Source: a virus. Taken from it: 64,000 nt of DNA. The DNA is taken from positions 1-64,000 of the IMG/VR virus record IMGVR_UViG_3300032223_001832, one strand, 5' to 3'. The position numbers were made by a program, and so were the translations under genes. Of this stretch, positions 19,892 through 29,117 are shown one piece after another; position 1 is the stretch's first letter; each line of letters starts with the position of its first letter. The notes below the pieces were generated by a model. That model did not search any database and had not been told where the DNA came from. It saw only the letters and a program-made list of their open reading frames with translations.

Positions 19892-20512
19892 ATGTCAATC
19901 CCAAATACCGATTTCGGTTCTACCATTGCGACCGACCCGTTACGCTCGTTTCGGTTCTACGCAGAGTTCTCGCTTCCTAACGAAAAGACTACCCCTACAG
20001 GTGCAAAGGGCGCTCTTAGCGCCAAGATTGTAGATGGATGGGTAGGAGGCTTTGCAAGTATTGATGGTCTTAACATCAATACTCAAGCAATCCCTTATCG
20101 TGAAGGTGGCTTCAATACTACTGTCCACCAGATTCCTGGTATGACAACTTTCCAACCTGTTACGTTCTCTCGTGGCGTTATTGCTGGAAATGACCAAGCT
20201 ATGACCTGGATGCGCGGTATGTTTGCTGCAGCAGCTGGTAATGGTATTTCTTCTTCAGCAGCTAACAGCTTCCGCGTAAACATCACTGTTTACGTACAGA
20301 ACCACCCAGACGCTGGAACATCTAACACTGATAAAATGGCGTTTAAGATTCACAATGCGTGGATTACAGGCCTTAACTACTCAACGCTAGATGCTACTAA
20401 CGGAGCTATTTTGTTCGAAACAATGACCCTCACACACGAAGGTCTTTCAGTGTTCTTCACAAGCGCTGATGGAACAAAGTCCGCTGACGGAACAGCAATT
20501 TCTTCCCTCTAA
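19892..20512 (+). CDS. Tail tube protein (T4 gp19-like)
   Basis: 'DPLRSFRF', 'YREGG', 'PGMTTFQPVTFSRG', 'NAW', 'ETMTLTHEG'. Confidence 0.9.
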   Translation: MSIPNTDFGSTIATDPLRSFRFYAEFSLPNEKTTPTGAKGALSAKIVDGWVGGFASIDGLNINTQAIPYREGGFNTTVHQIPGMTTFQPVTFSRGVIAGNDQAMTWMRGMFAAAAGNGISSSAANSFRVNITVYVQNHPDAGTSNTDKMAFKIHNAWITGLNYSTLDATNGAILFETMTLTHEGLSVFFTSADGTKSADGTAISSL

Positions 20513-20537
20513 TAACACATACATAGGAGAATAAAAC

Positions 20538-21332
20538 GTGTCAGAAGTTATAACAGATGCAGCATTAATTCAACAATTAGCTTCAAAGGCGATGGAGGAG
20601 CCTGCAGCAGTCATTAAGACTGAGGCTCCTTCAGCGTCTGAAGTACAACTCCCAGGTGGTTTTATAGAACAGAATGGTGAATTGATTACTACAGCAGAAG
20701 TTAAAGAGCTTACAGGAGCTGACGAAGAAGCTATTGCGCGAGCAGGCTCTTCTTCTAAATCCTTTAACGTTCTTTTGCAACGTGGCCTAGTAAAGCTTGG
20801 CAGCCGTGATGTTAGAAAAGAAGACTTAGAGAACCTTTTATCTGGTGACCGCGACTCAATTCTTTTGGGAATCCGTCGAGTTACTTTTGGAAAAGACCTT
20901 AAGTTGGCAGGTCGTTGCGGCAGCTGCAACAGCGAACAAACCCTTGTAATTGATTTAATTAAAGATGTTCCAGTCAAGGCTCTAGAGAACCCTATCGAAG
21001 ACCGAGTCTGGGATGTAGAAATTTCTTCAGGAGTAGCTCGAGTAGCTCTTCCTACAGGAACAGTTCAGAAGAAGCTTGTTGAAAACGTAGATAAGACGTC
21101 TGCCGAAATTAATACACTTCTTCTCACAGGCTGTATTTTGTCTGTAAACAACCGTCCTTCGTCTGGAGCGTTTACCGCACTAAACCTAGGTATGGCTGAC
21201 CGCAGCAAGATTATTGACGAACTTCTAGAACGTAACCCAGGCCCACGCCTTGGGGAGGTGAAGAAAGCTTGTCAGGCATGTGGTGAGGATATCGCTCTAC
21301 CGCTTAGCTTGCTAGATTTGTTTCGCTTCTAA
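20538..21332 (+). CDS. Baseplate hub/tail assembly chaperone (T4 gp26-like)
   Basis: 'V.LPGG', 'ELTGADEE', 'GDRDSILLGIR', two CxxC; lies between tube and tape measure. Confidence 0.75.
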   Translation: MSEVITDAALIQQLASKAMEEPAAVIKTEAPSASEVQLPGGFIEQNGELITTAEVKELTGADEEAIARAGSSSKSFNVLLQRGLVKLGSRDVRKEDLENLLSGDRDSILLGIRRVTFGKDLKLAGRCGSCNSEQTLVIDLIKDVPVKALENPIEDRVWDVEISSGVARVALPTGTVQKKLVENVDKTSAEINTLLLTGCILSVNNRPSSGAFTALNLGMADRSKIIDELLERNPGPRLGEVKKACQACGEDIALPLSLLDLFRF

Positions 21333-21477
21333 CGATGCAGACTACGAAGAACTATTAGACCAGTACGAAGTTTTAACAAGAACTTTTACTGGTTGGTCTT
21401 TAGCAGATATACGTAACTTGTCTGTTAGAGATAGAAGTAACTGGATTGAAAGAGCTCAACGATACAATAGGAGGTAG
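21316..21477 (+). CDS. Start-less +1-frame extension of the chaperone (gp51/gpT-like)
   Basis: Reads ..ADYEELLDQYEVLTRTFTGWSLADIRNLSVRDRSNWIERAQRYNRR*, bounded by TAG at 21313-21315, with no usable start codon. Confidence 0.65.
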   Translation: MCFASNDADYEELLDQYEVLTRTFTGWSLADIRNLSVRDRSNWIERAQRYNRR

Positions 21478-21479
21478 TT

Positions 21480-23654
21480 ATGGACAGTAAGTCCAGCATG
21501 AACCTTGGTGGCGGAAACGTCAGCAACCAAATTGTTGATGCGCTGCGCCAATTAACAACCTTTTCTAGCGCAGTTGACACTTCCCTTAAGCCTCGTTTGC
21601 AAGGCGTACTTAATCTTGTTACTCAGATTGGCCATGAAGTTGGTAAGTGGAATGCGGGTGGGGCATCTGGCGCAGGGGCTGGAGCTTCTAGCGGCCGTGT
21701 AGCACCCGCACCTCCAAACGTAGGAGGCCACGGAGGAAACGCTGAATCTACAAGCGTTGCCCCAACACCTCCAGGAGCTAGTGCAACTAGCGGTGGAGGC
21801 GGAGGATATGGTGGCTACAAGATTGCCGCTGCAGCTGCGGCTGCTCCTATTGCTAGAGCTCTTAATGAAGCAGCAACAATAAACGCTGGAAAGAACACTC
21901 AGCTATTCCATCAAGACATGTACACCAACAATGCGCGTTCTTGGGGTATGGGAAACATGCAAAATACCCACTTCATTGACGCTAATGGCAATGACACTAC
22001 TTACAAGATTGCACCGCACAATAGCGTAGCTGGTCAAAACAACAACATAACTAATATTCAAAACACCCTTAACCGTAAGGGAACTATTCTTGACCCTCTA
22101 GACACAGCGCGTATGCTCGCTACTCTTGGTCAAACAGGTATGGCTGGAGCCACTAACCTTAACCAGCTATTAATCGGTCAAGCGCAAATGACCAACATTC
22201 TCCCTGGAACATCCATGGTTCAGAGCATGCAAGCTGCTCGCGCTATGCAACAGGGCAGCAACGTAAACAATCTTCGTGGAGCTTTTGGCATCAACATCCG
22301 AGGTCAAGACGGCTCTATGAAATCTGTGCCGCAGGTAGTTGATGAGATTTGGCGTAAGTTAACCCAAGGTAAAAAGGGAACTACTGCTATCTCTAAGCAG
22401 GACATCCTTCTTGCTGCAGAGCCAGGTAACTCTATTGACTCCATGCTTAACCAGTACTTTAACAACGACAATATCTTACGTCAGCAAGTTCTTGAAGGGC
22501 TTATGGTCAAGGCTGACACTGGCGGCAACATCCCACTTGCAGATGTTTCTAAAAAGACTTTGCAAAAGCTTGGATATAGTACTGCGGCAATGAACGCCCA
22601 CAGCAACAAAACAGCCCAAGACTCACGCAATATGCAACAGATTGCTGGTTCTGCGATGGCTGGGTACGCGTTTAGTGAAAACGTGGACGCTAACTTAGCC
22701 AAAATTGCTGACGCTCTTACTCCACTTCGTGACATTGCGTCATTCTTGGGCGGAGCCTCAAATGGTATTGGTTCTATCTTAAAGCTGGTCAATAACCCTG
22801 TTAGTTCTATTTGGGGCATGATTACAGGTAAAGCTACTGGTGGACCTGTAGACGGTAAGACACCATATATCGTAGGTGAAAAGGGACCTGAGCTCTTTGT
22901 TCCTTCTAACGATGGGACCATCATCCCAAACCATGACCTTCCAGGTGGAATTAACCGAGAATCTGGCGGAGGAGTTTCTAGCAAAGGTGCTTCAGGTAAA
23001 GCTTTAGCTTTATCTTTGCAAAAGTACTTAATATCTGCAGGTCTTCCAGCAAACTCTGCCACAGGTATCGTAGGAAATCTTATTGCAGAATCTGGTCTTC
23101 GTACAACCGCAGTAGGCGACAACGGAACCTCTTACGGGCTTGCTCAATGGCACGCTGGTCGCTGGGAAAACCTAAACACCTTTGCCGATAAACACAAAAT
23201 TGCAGCGTCCTCTATGGATGCTCAAGAGCAGTTCTTAATTAACGAACTTAAAAATAATAAAGGATTGTGGAAGACATTAACTAATAGTAAAATTAGTGAA
23301 GGCGATGCAGCTGCTGCATTTATGCGCAAGTTTGAACGTCCACTAGACCAAAGCGACCGAGCAGCTGCTGCACGAGCAGCTCTTGGAGCAAACGCTATTG
23401 CTGGAAAATGGGACCCAACTATTACCCCAGGTGGTAATTCAGGAGCACCAACTTCAGGGTTTAGCAACTCTGCTTACCTAAACAGTTGGAATAACGCTGG
23501 AGCACATGTTGCTAACGCAAGCAATGGCGGTAATACCCATAACTACGGCGGAGTTCAAATCACAGTTAATGGTGCAAACCATAGCCCAGAAGCTCTTGCA
23601 AACGCATTAAAGGCAATGCTAGCTGACCCGAACGCAATGTTAGGACAAGCATAA
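21480..23654 (+). CDS. Tape measure protein with tail lysozyme domain
   Basis: A/G/N-rich. 'GGPV...YIVGEKGPELFVP'. C-terminal 'GIVGNLIAESG...GLAQW...FERP' (Phage_lysozyme2-like). Confidence 0.85.
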   Translation: MDSKSSMNLGGGNVSNQIVDALRQLTTFSSAVDTSLKPRLQGVLNLVTQIGHEVGKWNAGGASGAGAGASSGRVAPAPPNVGGHGGNAESTSVAPTPPGASATSGGGGGYGGYKIAAAAAAAPIARALNEAATINAGKNTQLFHQDMYTNNARSWGMGNMQNTHFIDANGNDTTYKIAPHNSVAGQNNNITNIQNTLNRKGTILDPLDTARMLATLGQTGMAGATNLNQLLIGQAQMTNILPGTSMVQSMQAARAMQQGSNVNNLRGAFGINIRGQDGSMKSVPQVVDEIWRKLTQGKKGTTAISKQDILLAAEPGNSIDSMLNQYFNNDNILRQQVLEGLMVKADTGGNIPLADVSKKTLQKLGYSTAAMNAHSNKTAQDSRNMQQIAGSAMAGYAFSENVDANLAKIADALTPLRDIASFLGGASNGIGSILKLVNNPVSSIWGMITGKATGGPVDGKTPYIVGEKGPELFVPSNDGTIIPNHDLPGGINRESGGGVSSKGASGKALALSLQKYLISAGLPANSATGIVGNLIAESGLRTTAVGDNGTSYGLAQWHAGRWENLNTFADKHKIAASSMDAQEQFLINELKNNKGLWKTLTNSKISEGDAAAAFMRKFERPLDQSDRAAAARAALGANAIAGKWDPTITPGGNSGAPTSGFSNSAYLNSWNNAGAHVANASNGGNTHNYGGVQITVNGANHSPEALANALKAMLADPNAMLGQA

Positions 23655-23655
23655 A

Positions 23656-24894
23656 ATGGCAGTTAAAAAACCAACAAAACCAGCAACTACAACTTATGGC
23701 GCCACAGCGCCCGTCTACGGTGGGGGATATGGCTACACTAGTTCAGGGCAGTATGGAGCTTCCGCGCCTGTGTATGGCGGTTATGGCGGATATAACGTTA
23801 GTGCAGCAGTGGCTACTGTTCCAAGCCCACCTGACAAAAAAGTACCACCTAAAACCCCTGTAACGTTAAATCGTTTAACCCCAGACGGTTTTAAATTTAA
23901 TTTGCCTCCTCACTCTTATAGTTTGCCTTTGTTACCTGATGCTATTAATTTGCCAATATATGGCGATAAAAAAAGCGCAGTAAAGTTAAGTGGCGTTGAG
24001 TACCAACAGTACGGAATCAATGCTTACTCTAATGTAACCACTAACAAAGATAAAACCACTGACACTCAGTGGTATCAACGCGTTCAATTAGGCAAAGACC
24101 ATAACAAACTTAGCCATGGAGCTCGCCGAGGCATTATGTGGTTTTTCAACTCTTCTGACCAGATTTCTGGTGGAGGCGCTTCTGAAGGTTATAGTGCACC
24201 TGCTCAAGCTACAACAAATATTACTACAAACCCAAAAAGCCCTGGCAAGGTGACCGCTCAACAGTCACCAAACAACCCTGAGCTTTACAATTGGGGTTTT
24301 CAATTCTTATGGAATCCTACAGATATTTCTGTAGCAATGTCCCGTAACAATGACGTAACCCCTACAGCCGCAGACCGTTTTACAACCGTAGCGGGCATGT
24401 TCCCTGGACAAGAAACTATTTCTTTTACTCTGCAATTAGACAGAACTTGGGATTTTGCATGCTTTAAAAAGTACAGTGGGAATGACAATAATTTAGTTGA
24501 TTTTTACAGCGGAAATGAGTACGAAAACTCAAGCAGAGTTGTCTCAATGGTAGACAAAATTCGTGAACTTAAAAAACTAGGTACCAACCATGACATTGAG
24601 TATCTTCTTAGAGCAATCAACGGTAACGGTGATAGTTCTAGAAACGATATCTGGCAAAATGGTTTAAAGCGCCAAACAGCAGATATTGGGTATTTACAGC
24701 CTAACGCAATGGCTGTAAGATTTGGCCCAACAATTGACAGCATGTCTTATGTAGGGTGGATTAGCAGTTTACAAATCCAACATACAGCTTTTACAGAAGA
24801 TATGATTCCAATTAGAAGTACTGTTCAAATTTCAATGGATTGCTTTGCCGCGTCCTCATTGGTCTCCAGCAACTACCCAGAAAAGAAGAAATAA
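23656..24894 (+). CDS. Baseplate tube-initiator-like protein
   Basis: 'FQFLWNPTDI', 'YVGWISSLQIQHTAFTEDMIPIR'. Confidence 0.65.
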   Translation: MAVKKPTKPATTTYGATAPVYGGGYGYTSSGQYGASAPVYGGYGGYNVSAAVATVPSPPDKKVPPKTPVTLNRLTPDGFKFNLPPHSYSLPLLPDAINLPIYGDKKSAVKLSGVEYQQYGINAYSNVTTNKDKTTDTQWYQRVQLGKDHNKLSHGARRGIMWFFNSSDQISGGGASEGYSAPAQATTNITTNPKSPGKVTAQQSPNNPELYNWGFQFLWNPTDISVAMSRNNDVTPTAADRFTTVAGMFPGQETISFTLQLDRTWDFACFKKYSGNDNNLVDFYSGNEYENSSRVVSMVDKIRELKKLGTNHDIEYLLRAINGNGDSSRNDIWQNGLKRQTADIGYLQPNAMAVRFGPTIDSMSYVGWISSLQIQHTAFTEDMIPIRSTVQISMDCFAASSLVSSNYPEKKK

Positions 24895-24898
24895 TCAA

Positions 24899-25180
24899 AT
24901 GACTATTTTTATAAACTCTCGGTATGAGTACTCAAACGTAGATTACGTATCTACTAAGCCAAACGGAACACCTAATCCAATTGTTTTTTATTCGTTTTCT
25001 AATTTGGGATTAATTAACTACTTTCAGCACGTTTACGTAGAAGGAGAGCGCTTAGACCAATTGGCGTTTAAATACTATGGAAACCCTGAAGCTTGGTGGA
25101 TGATTCCTGAGTACAACCCAGAAATTAGTGATTTTACAAACATTGTTCCAGGAACTGTGTTAAGGATTGTAAATGCGTAG
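24899..25180 (+). CDS. LysM-like baseplate protein (tail X/gp53-like)
   Basis: 'EGERLDQLAFKYYGNPEAWWMI..YNP....PGTVLRI'. Confidence 0.85.
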   Translation: MTIFINSRYEYSNVDYVSTKPNGTPNPIVFYSFSNLGLINYFQHVYVEGERLDQLAFKYYGNPEAWWMIPEYNPEISDFTNIVPGTVLRIVNA

Positions 25181-26519
25181 TTATGTAAACGTTGTCTTCC
25201 CTGAGTTATCAAATAACCCAGCAAGACTGTACTCAGCAACTATTTACCAAAAAAAGTACGAACACGAGGTTGCTGTTTTAAAGTTTAGAGATTGGGGCGT
25301 TGAATACGATTCTGTTGCATCTGGTGCTTTAGTATCTATTCATATTGGGGCACAAGGCAGTGAACGATTACTGCACGGATACGTCCACCACGTAAAAGTA
25401 AACAGAACCCCAGGAACATTTTTTACAGAAGTTACTGTGGTTGGGGCATCCTTTACCATGAAACAACAAACTCAAGCTGTGTATCGTAATTTGACGGCAG
25501 ATGCTGTAATTAAACAGATTGGTCAAAAACACGGCTTTGTTGTCAAAGCTACACCTCATCCCAGAGTGTACCCACAGATTACGCAGGCAGGGCATACAGA
25601 CTGGGAAATGTGCGTTCGTCTAGCTAAACAATGCGGCTACACTTTGCGTACAGAAAACACAGAACTTTACTTTGAGCCTATTCTCAAAGAGTTTACTGAA
25701 ACAAGAAGCCAAGCTCCTAGATTTGTTATGCGACATGAGAGCAGCCATGAAGGCTCAACCATTTACTCGTTTACACCTATGATTGGTGAATCTTTACCTT
25801 TTGAAGACGCTTTTAAATCCGCAGTTGCTATTGCAGGTGTGGATAAAAACTCGTCATCAGTTATGTCCGTGACTCAGCAAACACGAAATAAGAAAACTCG
25901 CAAAAAAACAACTCCTGAATTCTTTGACCGTTTTGCTACGGATATTGTTGCTATGGACCCTGAAACAGCTCAACACGAAACTGAGGCAGCTGAGCACAGA
26001 AACACTTTTCCTTATAGAGCAACCGTAGAAGTTTTGGGCGACCCAACCCTTCATCCTAATATGCCTGTGTATTTAGATGGATTGGGCACTGACTACACAG
26101 GTCATTGGATTATTTTAGGAACAGAGCACAAGGTAGTAGAAAGCGGTAAAAACGTACAAGTCTTTACCACAATTCTTCATGTTGGAATTGACTCTTTAGG
26201 AGAAGCTGACAGATGGACAGACAACAATGTTGTTAACGTTCCTGCTGGAAAACGCTCTAGAGTAATTCAGCCTAACGTGTTTCAGTCTAATGTTAAACCC
26301 CAAACAAAGCTGTTAACCACCCACAAAAAGATTGGACCTCAACAGTCCGCTCCATTTGGCAATATTAAAAATAGAGCTATGCCTACTGTAAACGGTGTAC
26401 AAGCCACAGGGTCTAAGTGGAAAACTAATACGGCTTCACTAGATAATATAATTTACCACTCAGACCAGACACCAGCAGTAGTCAAAGACAGGTACAGAAA
26501 GGCGGTCTCTCGTGGGTAA
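25173..26519 (+). CDS. Baseplate hub protein (gp27/gpD-like)
   Basis: 'IGQKHGF', 'QAGHTDWEMCVRLAKQCGY', 'GDPTLHP....LDGLG..YTGHW'. Confidence 0.8.
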   Translation: MRSYVNVVFPELSNNPARLYSATIYQKKYEHEVAVLKFRDWGVEYDSVASGALVSIHIGAQGSERLLHGYVHHVKVNRTPGTFFTEVTVVGASFTMKQQTQAVYRNLTADAVIKQIGQKHGFVVKATPHPRVYPQITQAGHTDWEMCVRLAKQCGYTLRTENTELYFEPILKEFTETRSQAPRFVMRHESSHEGSTIYSFTPMIGESLPFEDAFKSAVAIAGVDKNSSSVMSVTQQTRNKKTRKKTTPEFFDRFATDIVAMDPETAQHETEAAEHRNTFPYRATVEVLGDPTLHPNMPVYLDGLGTDYTGHWIILGTEHKVVESGKNVQVFTTILHVGIDSLGEADRWTDNNVVNVPAGKRSRVIQPNVFQSNVKPQTKLLTTHKKIGPQQSAPFGNIKNRAMPTVNGVQATGSKWKTNTASLDNIIYHSDQTPAVVKDRYRKAVSRG

Positions 26520-27003
26520 TGAAGATAAAAGATTTTATGGCATTTACAACGGCATCTGCACAGACAACGACGACCCAGACAATCTTTATAAGATTAAACT
26601 TCAAGTACCTCAGATACTTGGGGAAGAGATAACTGAATGGGCGCCACCTTGCCTACCAGTAATGTCAGACGCTGAGCACAATGACCACGTTGCCCACACA
26701 GCAGCACAGGTTGCAGCACTTCTCACATCCCACTCAATATCAGGTACTACTAGTGGCGCTTCTGCGGGAACTGCCCACACCCATACGTTTTCTGCTACCG
26801 CAGCCCATGCGGGTGGTTCGGGCTCCTTAAAGCACCCACACATGACCAGTTCAGACCCTTTGATGACAGATGGCTCCGAATTAGGTTTAACCGCGGCCGA
26901 GCACACGTATCACCGTAAAGTTCCAAATGTAGGTCAAAAAGTATGGGTTATGTTTGTAGCAGGAGACCCTAACTTTCCAATATGGATGGGAGTTCATTTC
27001 TAA
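26512..27003 (+). CDS. Baseplate spike gp5/gpV OB-domain protein with His-rich insertion
   Basis: 'FYGIYNG...DNDDPD...KLQVPQILG...WA.PC' and 'VPNVGQKVWVMF.AGDPNFPIWMG'. Confidence 0.8.
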   Translation: MGNEDKRFYGIYNGICTDNDDPDNLYKIKLQVPQILGEEITEWAPPCLPVMSDAEHNDHVAHTAAQVAALLTSHSISGTTSGASAGTAHTHTFSATAAHAGGSGSLKHPHMTSSDPLMTDGSELGLTAAEHTYHRKVPNVGQKVWVMFVAGDPNFPIWMGVHF

Positions 27004-27413
27004 TGCAACAAGCAATATCTTTGCCGTTTTCGTTTAACAGCTCTGGGTATTTGTCTACTACCTCAGACGAAAAAAAGATTTGGCAAGACCGAGTACTTCT
27101 TGCCGTGATGACCTCTACCCTTGAACGCGTAATGCTCCCAAACTATGGAACTAAAATAAAAGAATTTAGCCTAGAAAATTTGAGCACAATTGCGTCTAGA
27201 ATTGAAGAACAAGTTGGCATTGCGTTCGGTACCTGGCTTAAGTCACTTACCTTAGAAAGTGTAAATAGCTTTTTAGATACAAACACAGGATATTTAGATG
27301 TAGAGATTAACTATAAGTTAGTTAGTTCCTCAAATACCGAAACAATGGTTGTAAAAACTGGTATCTTTAACCGTTCTGGAGACTTAATAGTGGAGGCAGC
27401 AAATGGCCAATAA
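27003..27413 (+). CDS. Baseplate wedge gp25-like protein
   Basis: 'ISLPF', 'ERVMLPNYG'. Confidence 0.85.
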   Translation: MQQAISLPFSFNSSGYLSTTSDEKKIWQDRVLLAVMTSTLERVMLPNYGTKIKEFSLENLSTIASRIEEQVGIAFGTWLKSLTLESVNSFLDTNTGYLDVEINYKLVSSSNTETMVVKTGIFNRSGDLIVEAANGQ

Positions 27414-29115
27414 TAACTACATACCTTCTATTGACTATACCTCTAGAGACTATGCGTCAATTCGACAGGACCTAGTTAACCTCATTCCAACCTTTGTCCC
27501 TAACTGGACTACTAGAGACCCATCAGACTTTGGTATTGCCATCCTAGAGATGTTTGCATATATGGGTGATGTTCTTAACTACTACATTGACCGTGCGGCC
27601 AATGAAGCTTTTATTACTACAGCTAGTCAACGAGCAAACGTTCTTTCTTTGGCTACTCTTTTGGGGTACGCAGCGACTGACAGTACTGCGTCTACGGTAA
27701 CAGTTAAGTTCACCAACACTAATACCAGTACAGCTTCTGTAACCGTACCTGCTCTTACCCAGATTGCTACAACTAATATCTCAAATGGCGTAACCTCTCA
27801 AGTAATTTTTGAAACAGACAAAGATGTTGTAGTCCCATCTAGCGGAACCAACTACGCGACAGTAACTGCTACCCAGGGTGTAACAGTGTCTAATGAACTT
27901 GTAGGTACATCCACAGGTGCCGCTGGACAGACATTTGTTCTTTCTCAGTTCCCCGTTATTAACGACAGCATGACCTTGACTGTCGGAGGAACTAACTATG
28001 AAAAAGTTGAATACCTTATTGACTACAATGGCTATGACCCAGTGTTCGTAAGTACCACTAACGCTATCGGCCATACGTATATAGTGTTTGGTGACAACAT
28101 CAGTGGTCGAATTCCACCAGCGTCTACACCTATCTACGTAACTTACCGTGTAGGTGGAGGAGTTATTGGAAACGTATCAGCGGGAACAATTAAATACATT
28201 ACTAAATTCTCTACTGGTTCTATTCCAGCAGGCTTGACTGTTATTAATGATAGCGTTGCCGCTACTGGAGGGGCTGAAACAGAATCAACAGACTCTATCC
28301 GAGTAAACGCTCCACTAAGTATTAGAGCGCTTAATCGTGCTGTTTCGTTAGACGATTACGCATCTTTGGCTCTTCAAGTAAGTGGAATTGCAAAAGCTAT
28401 TGCGGCTGGAACTACTTACAATAATATTGTTTTGTACTTTGTACCGTATGGAGATAGCGGACTAGCAGTTGATGGGGTAACTCCGTCTACTATCTTTAAC
28501 GCATACGTACAAGATTTAGCTTTGTTCTTTACGGGTAAAACTCCTGCAGGAACTACAATTACCTATCAGCCACCTGCGTATGCGACTGCAAACGCTATTG
28601 TAAACGTGACTGTTCTGCCAACATACCGACAGAGCATTGTTCAAACAGCGGTAACGGCTGCTTTACAAAGTTTGTTTTACATCGATAACGTGGCTTTCAA
28701 CGACACTATAGCTGTGTCAGACGTGTACTCAACAGTAGCTTCGGTAGAAGGTGTTGCATCTTCGCAAATTCTTAAGTTAGTACGCTCAGATAAAGATTAC
28801 ACATATGTAATCACGAACAAAGCTTCTACAGGAACAGTTGCAACCTTAACAACAAGCACCACTCACAAGTTGACTACAGGAATGACTGTTCAAGTAAGCG
28901 GAGTTGACGCCACCTACAACGGAATCTATGTTGTAACCGCTGTAACCTCAAACACGTTCTCATACGCTTTAACTTCTGCCGTACAGTCAACAACTACAGC
29001 TACAGGTTCGGTTACGAATCTTGTTGTTAACGACATTGTGTGCGGCACTTATGAAATCCCACGTCTTATTACAGGAAGCCTCACAGTTAACACTGTTGGC
29101 GGAATTGTAGGCTAA
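27403..29115 (+). CDS. Baseplate J/gp6-like wedge protein
   Basis: 'DYTSRDY', 'SDFGIAILE', 'FGDNISGRIP', 'YRVGGG..GN', 'RAVSLDDY'. Confidence 0.9.
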   Translation: MANNNYIPSIDYTSRDYASIRQDLVNLIPTFVPNWTTRDPSDFGIAILEMFAYMGDVLNYYIDRAANEAFITTASQRANVLSLATLLGYAATDSTASTVTVKFTNTNTSTASVTVPALTQIATTNISNGVTSQVIFETDKDVVVPSSGTNYATVTATQGVTVSNELVGTSTGAAGQTFVLSQFPVINDSMTLTVGGTNYEKVEYLIDYNGYDPVFVSTTNAIGHTYIVFGDNISGRIPPASTPIYVTYRVGGGVIGNVSAGTIKYITKFSTGSIPAGLTVINDSVAATGGAETESTDSIRVNAPLSIRALNRAVSLDDYASLALQVSGIAKAIAAGTTYNNIVLYFVPYGDSGLAVDGVTPSTIFNAYVQDLALFFTGKTPAGTTITYQPPAYATANAIVNVTVLPTYRQSIVQTAVTAALQSLFYIDNVAFNDTIAVSDVYSTVASVEGVASSQILKLVRSDKDYTYVITNKASTGTVATLTTSTTHKLTTGMTVQVSGVDATYNGIYVVTAVTSNTFSYALTSAVQSTTTATGSVTNLVVNDIVCGTYEIPRLITGSLTVNTVGGIVG

Positions 29116-29117
29116 CC

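Noticed and set aside
22481-23122. 213-aa antisense ORF (and similar antisense ORFs in the fibre, sheath and chaperone genes)
   Set aside because: Expected by-product of codon bias on the coding strand; no RBS or recognisable motifs.
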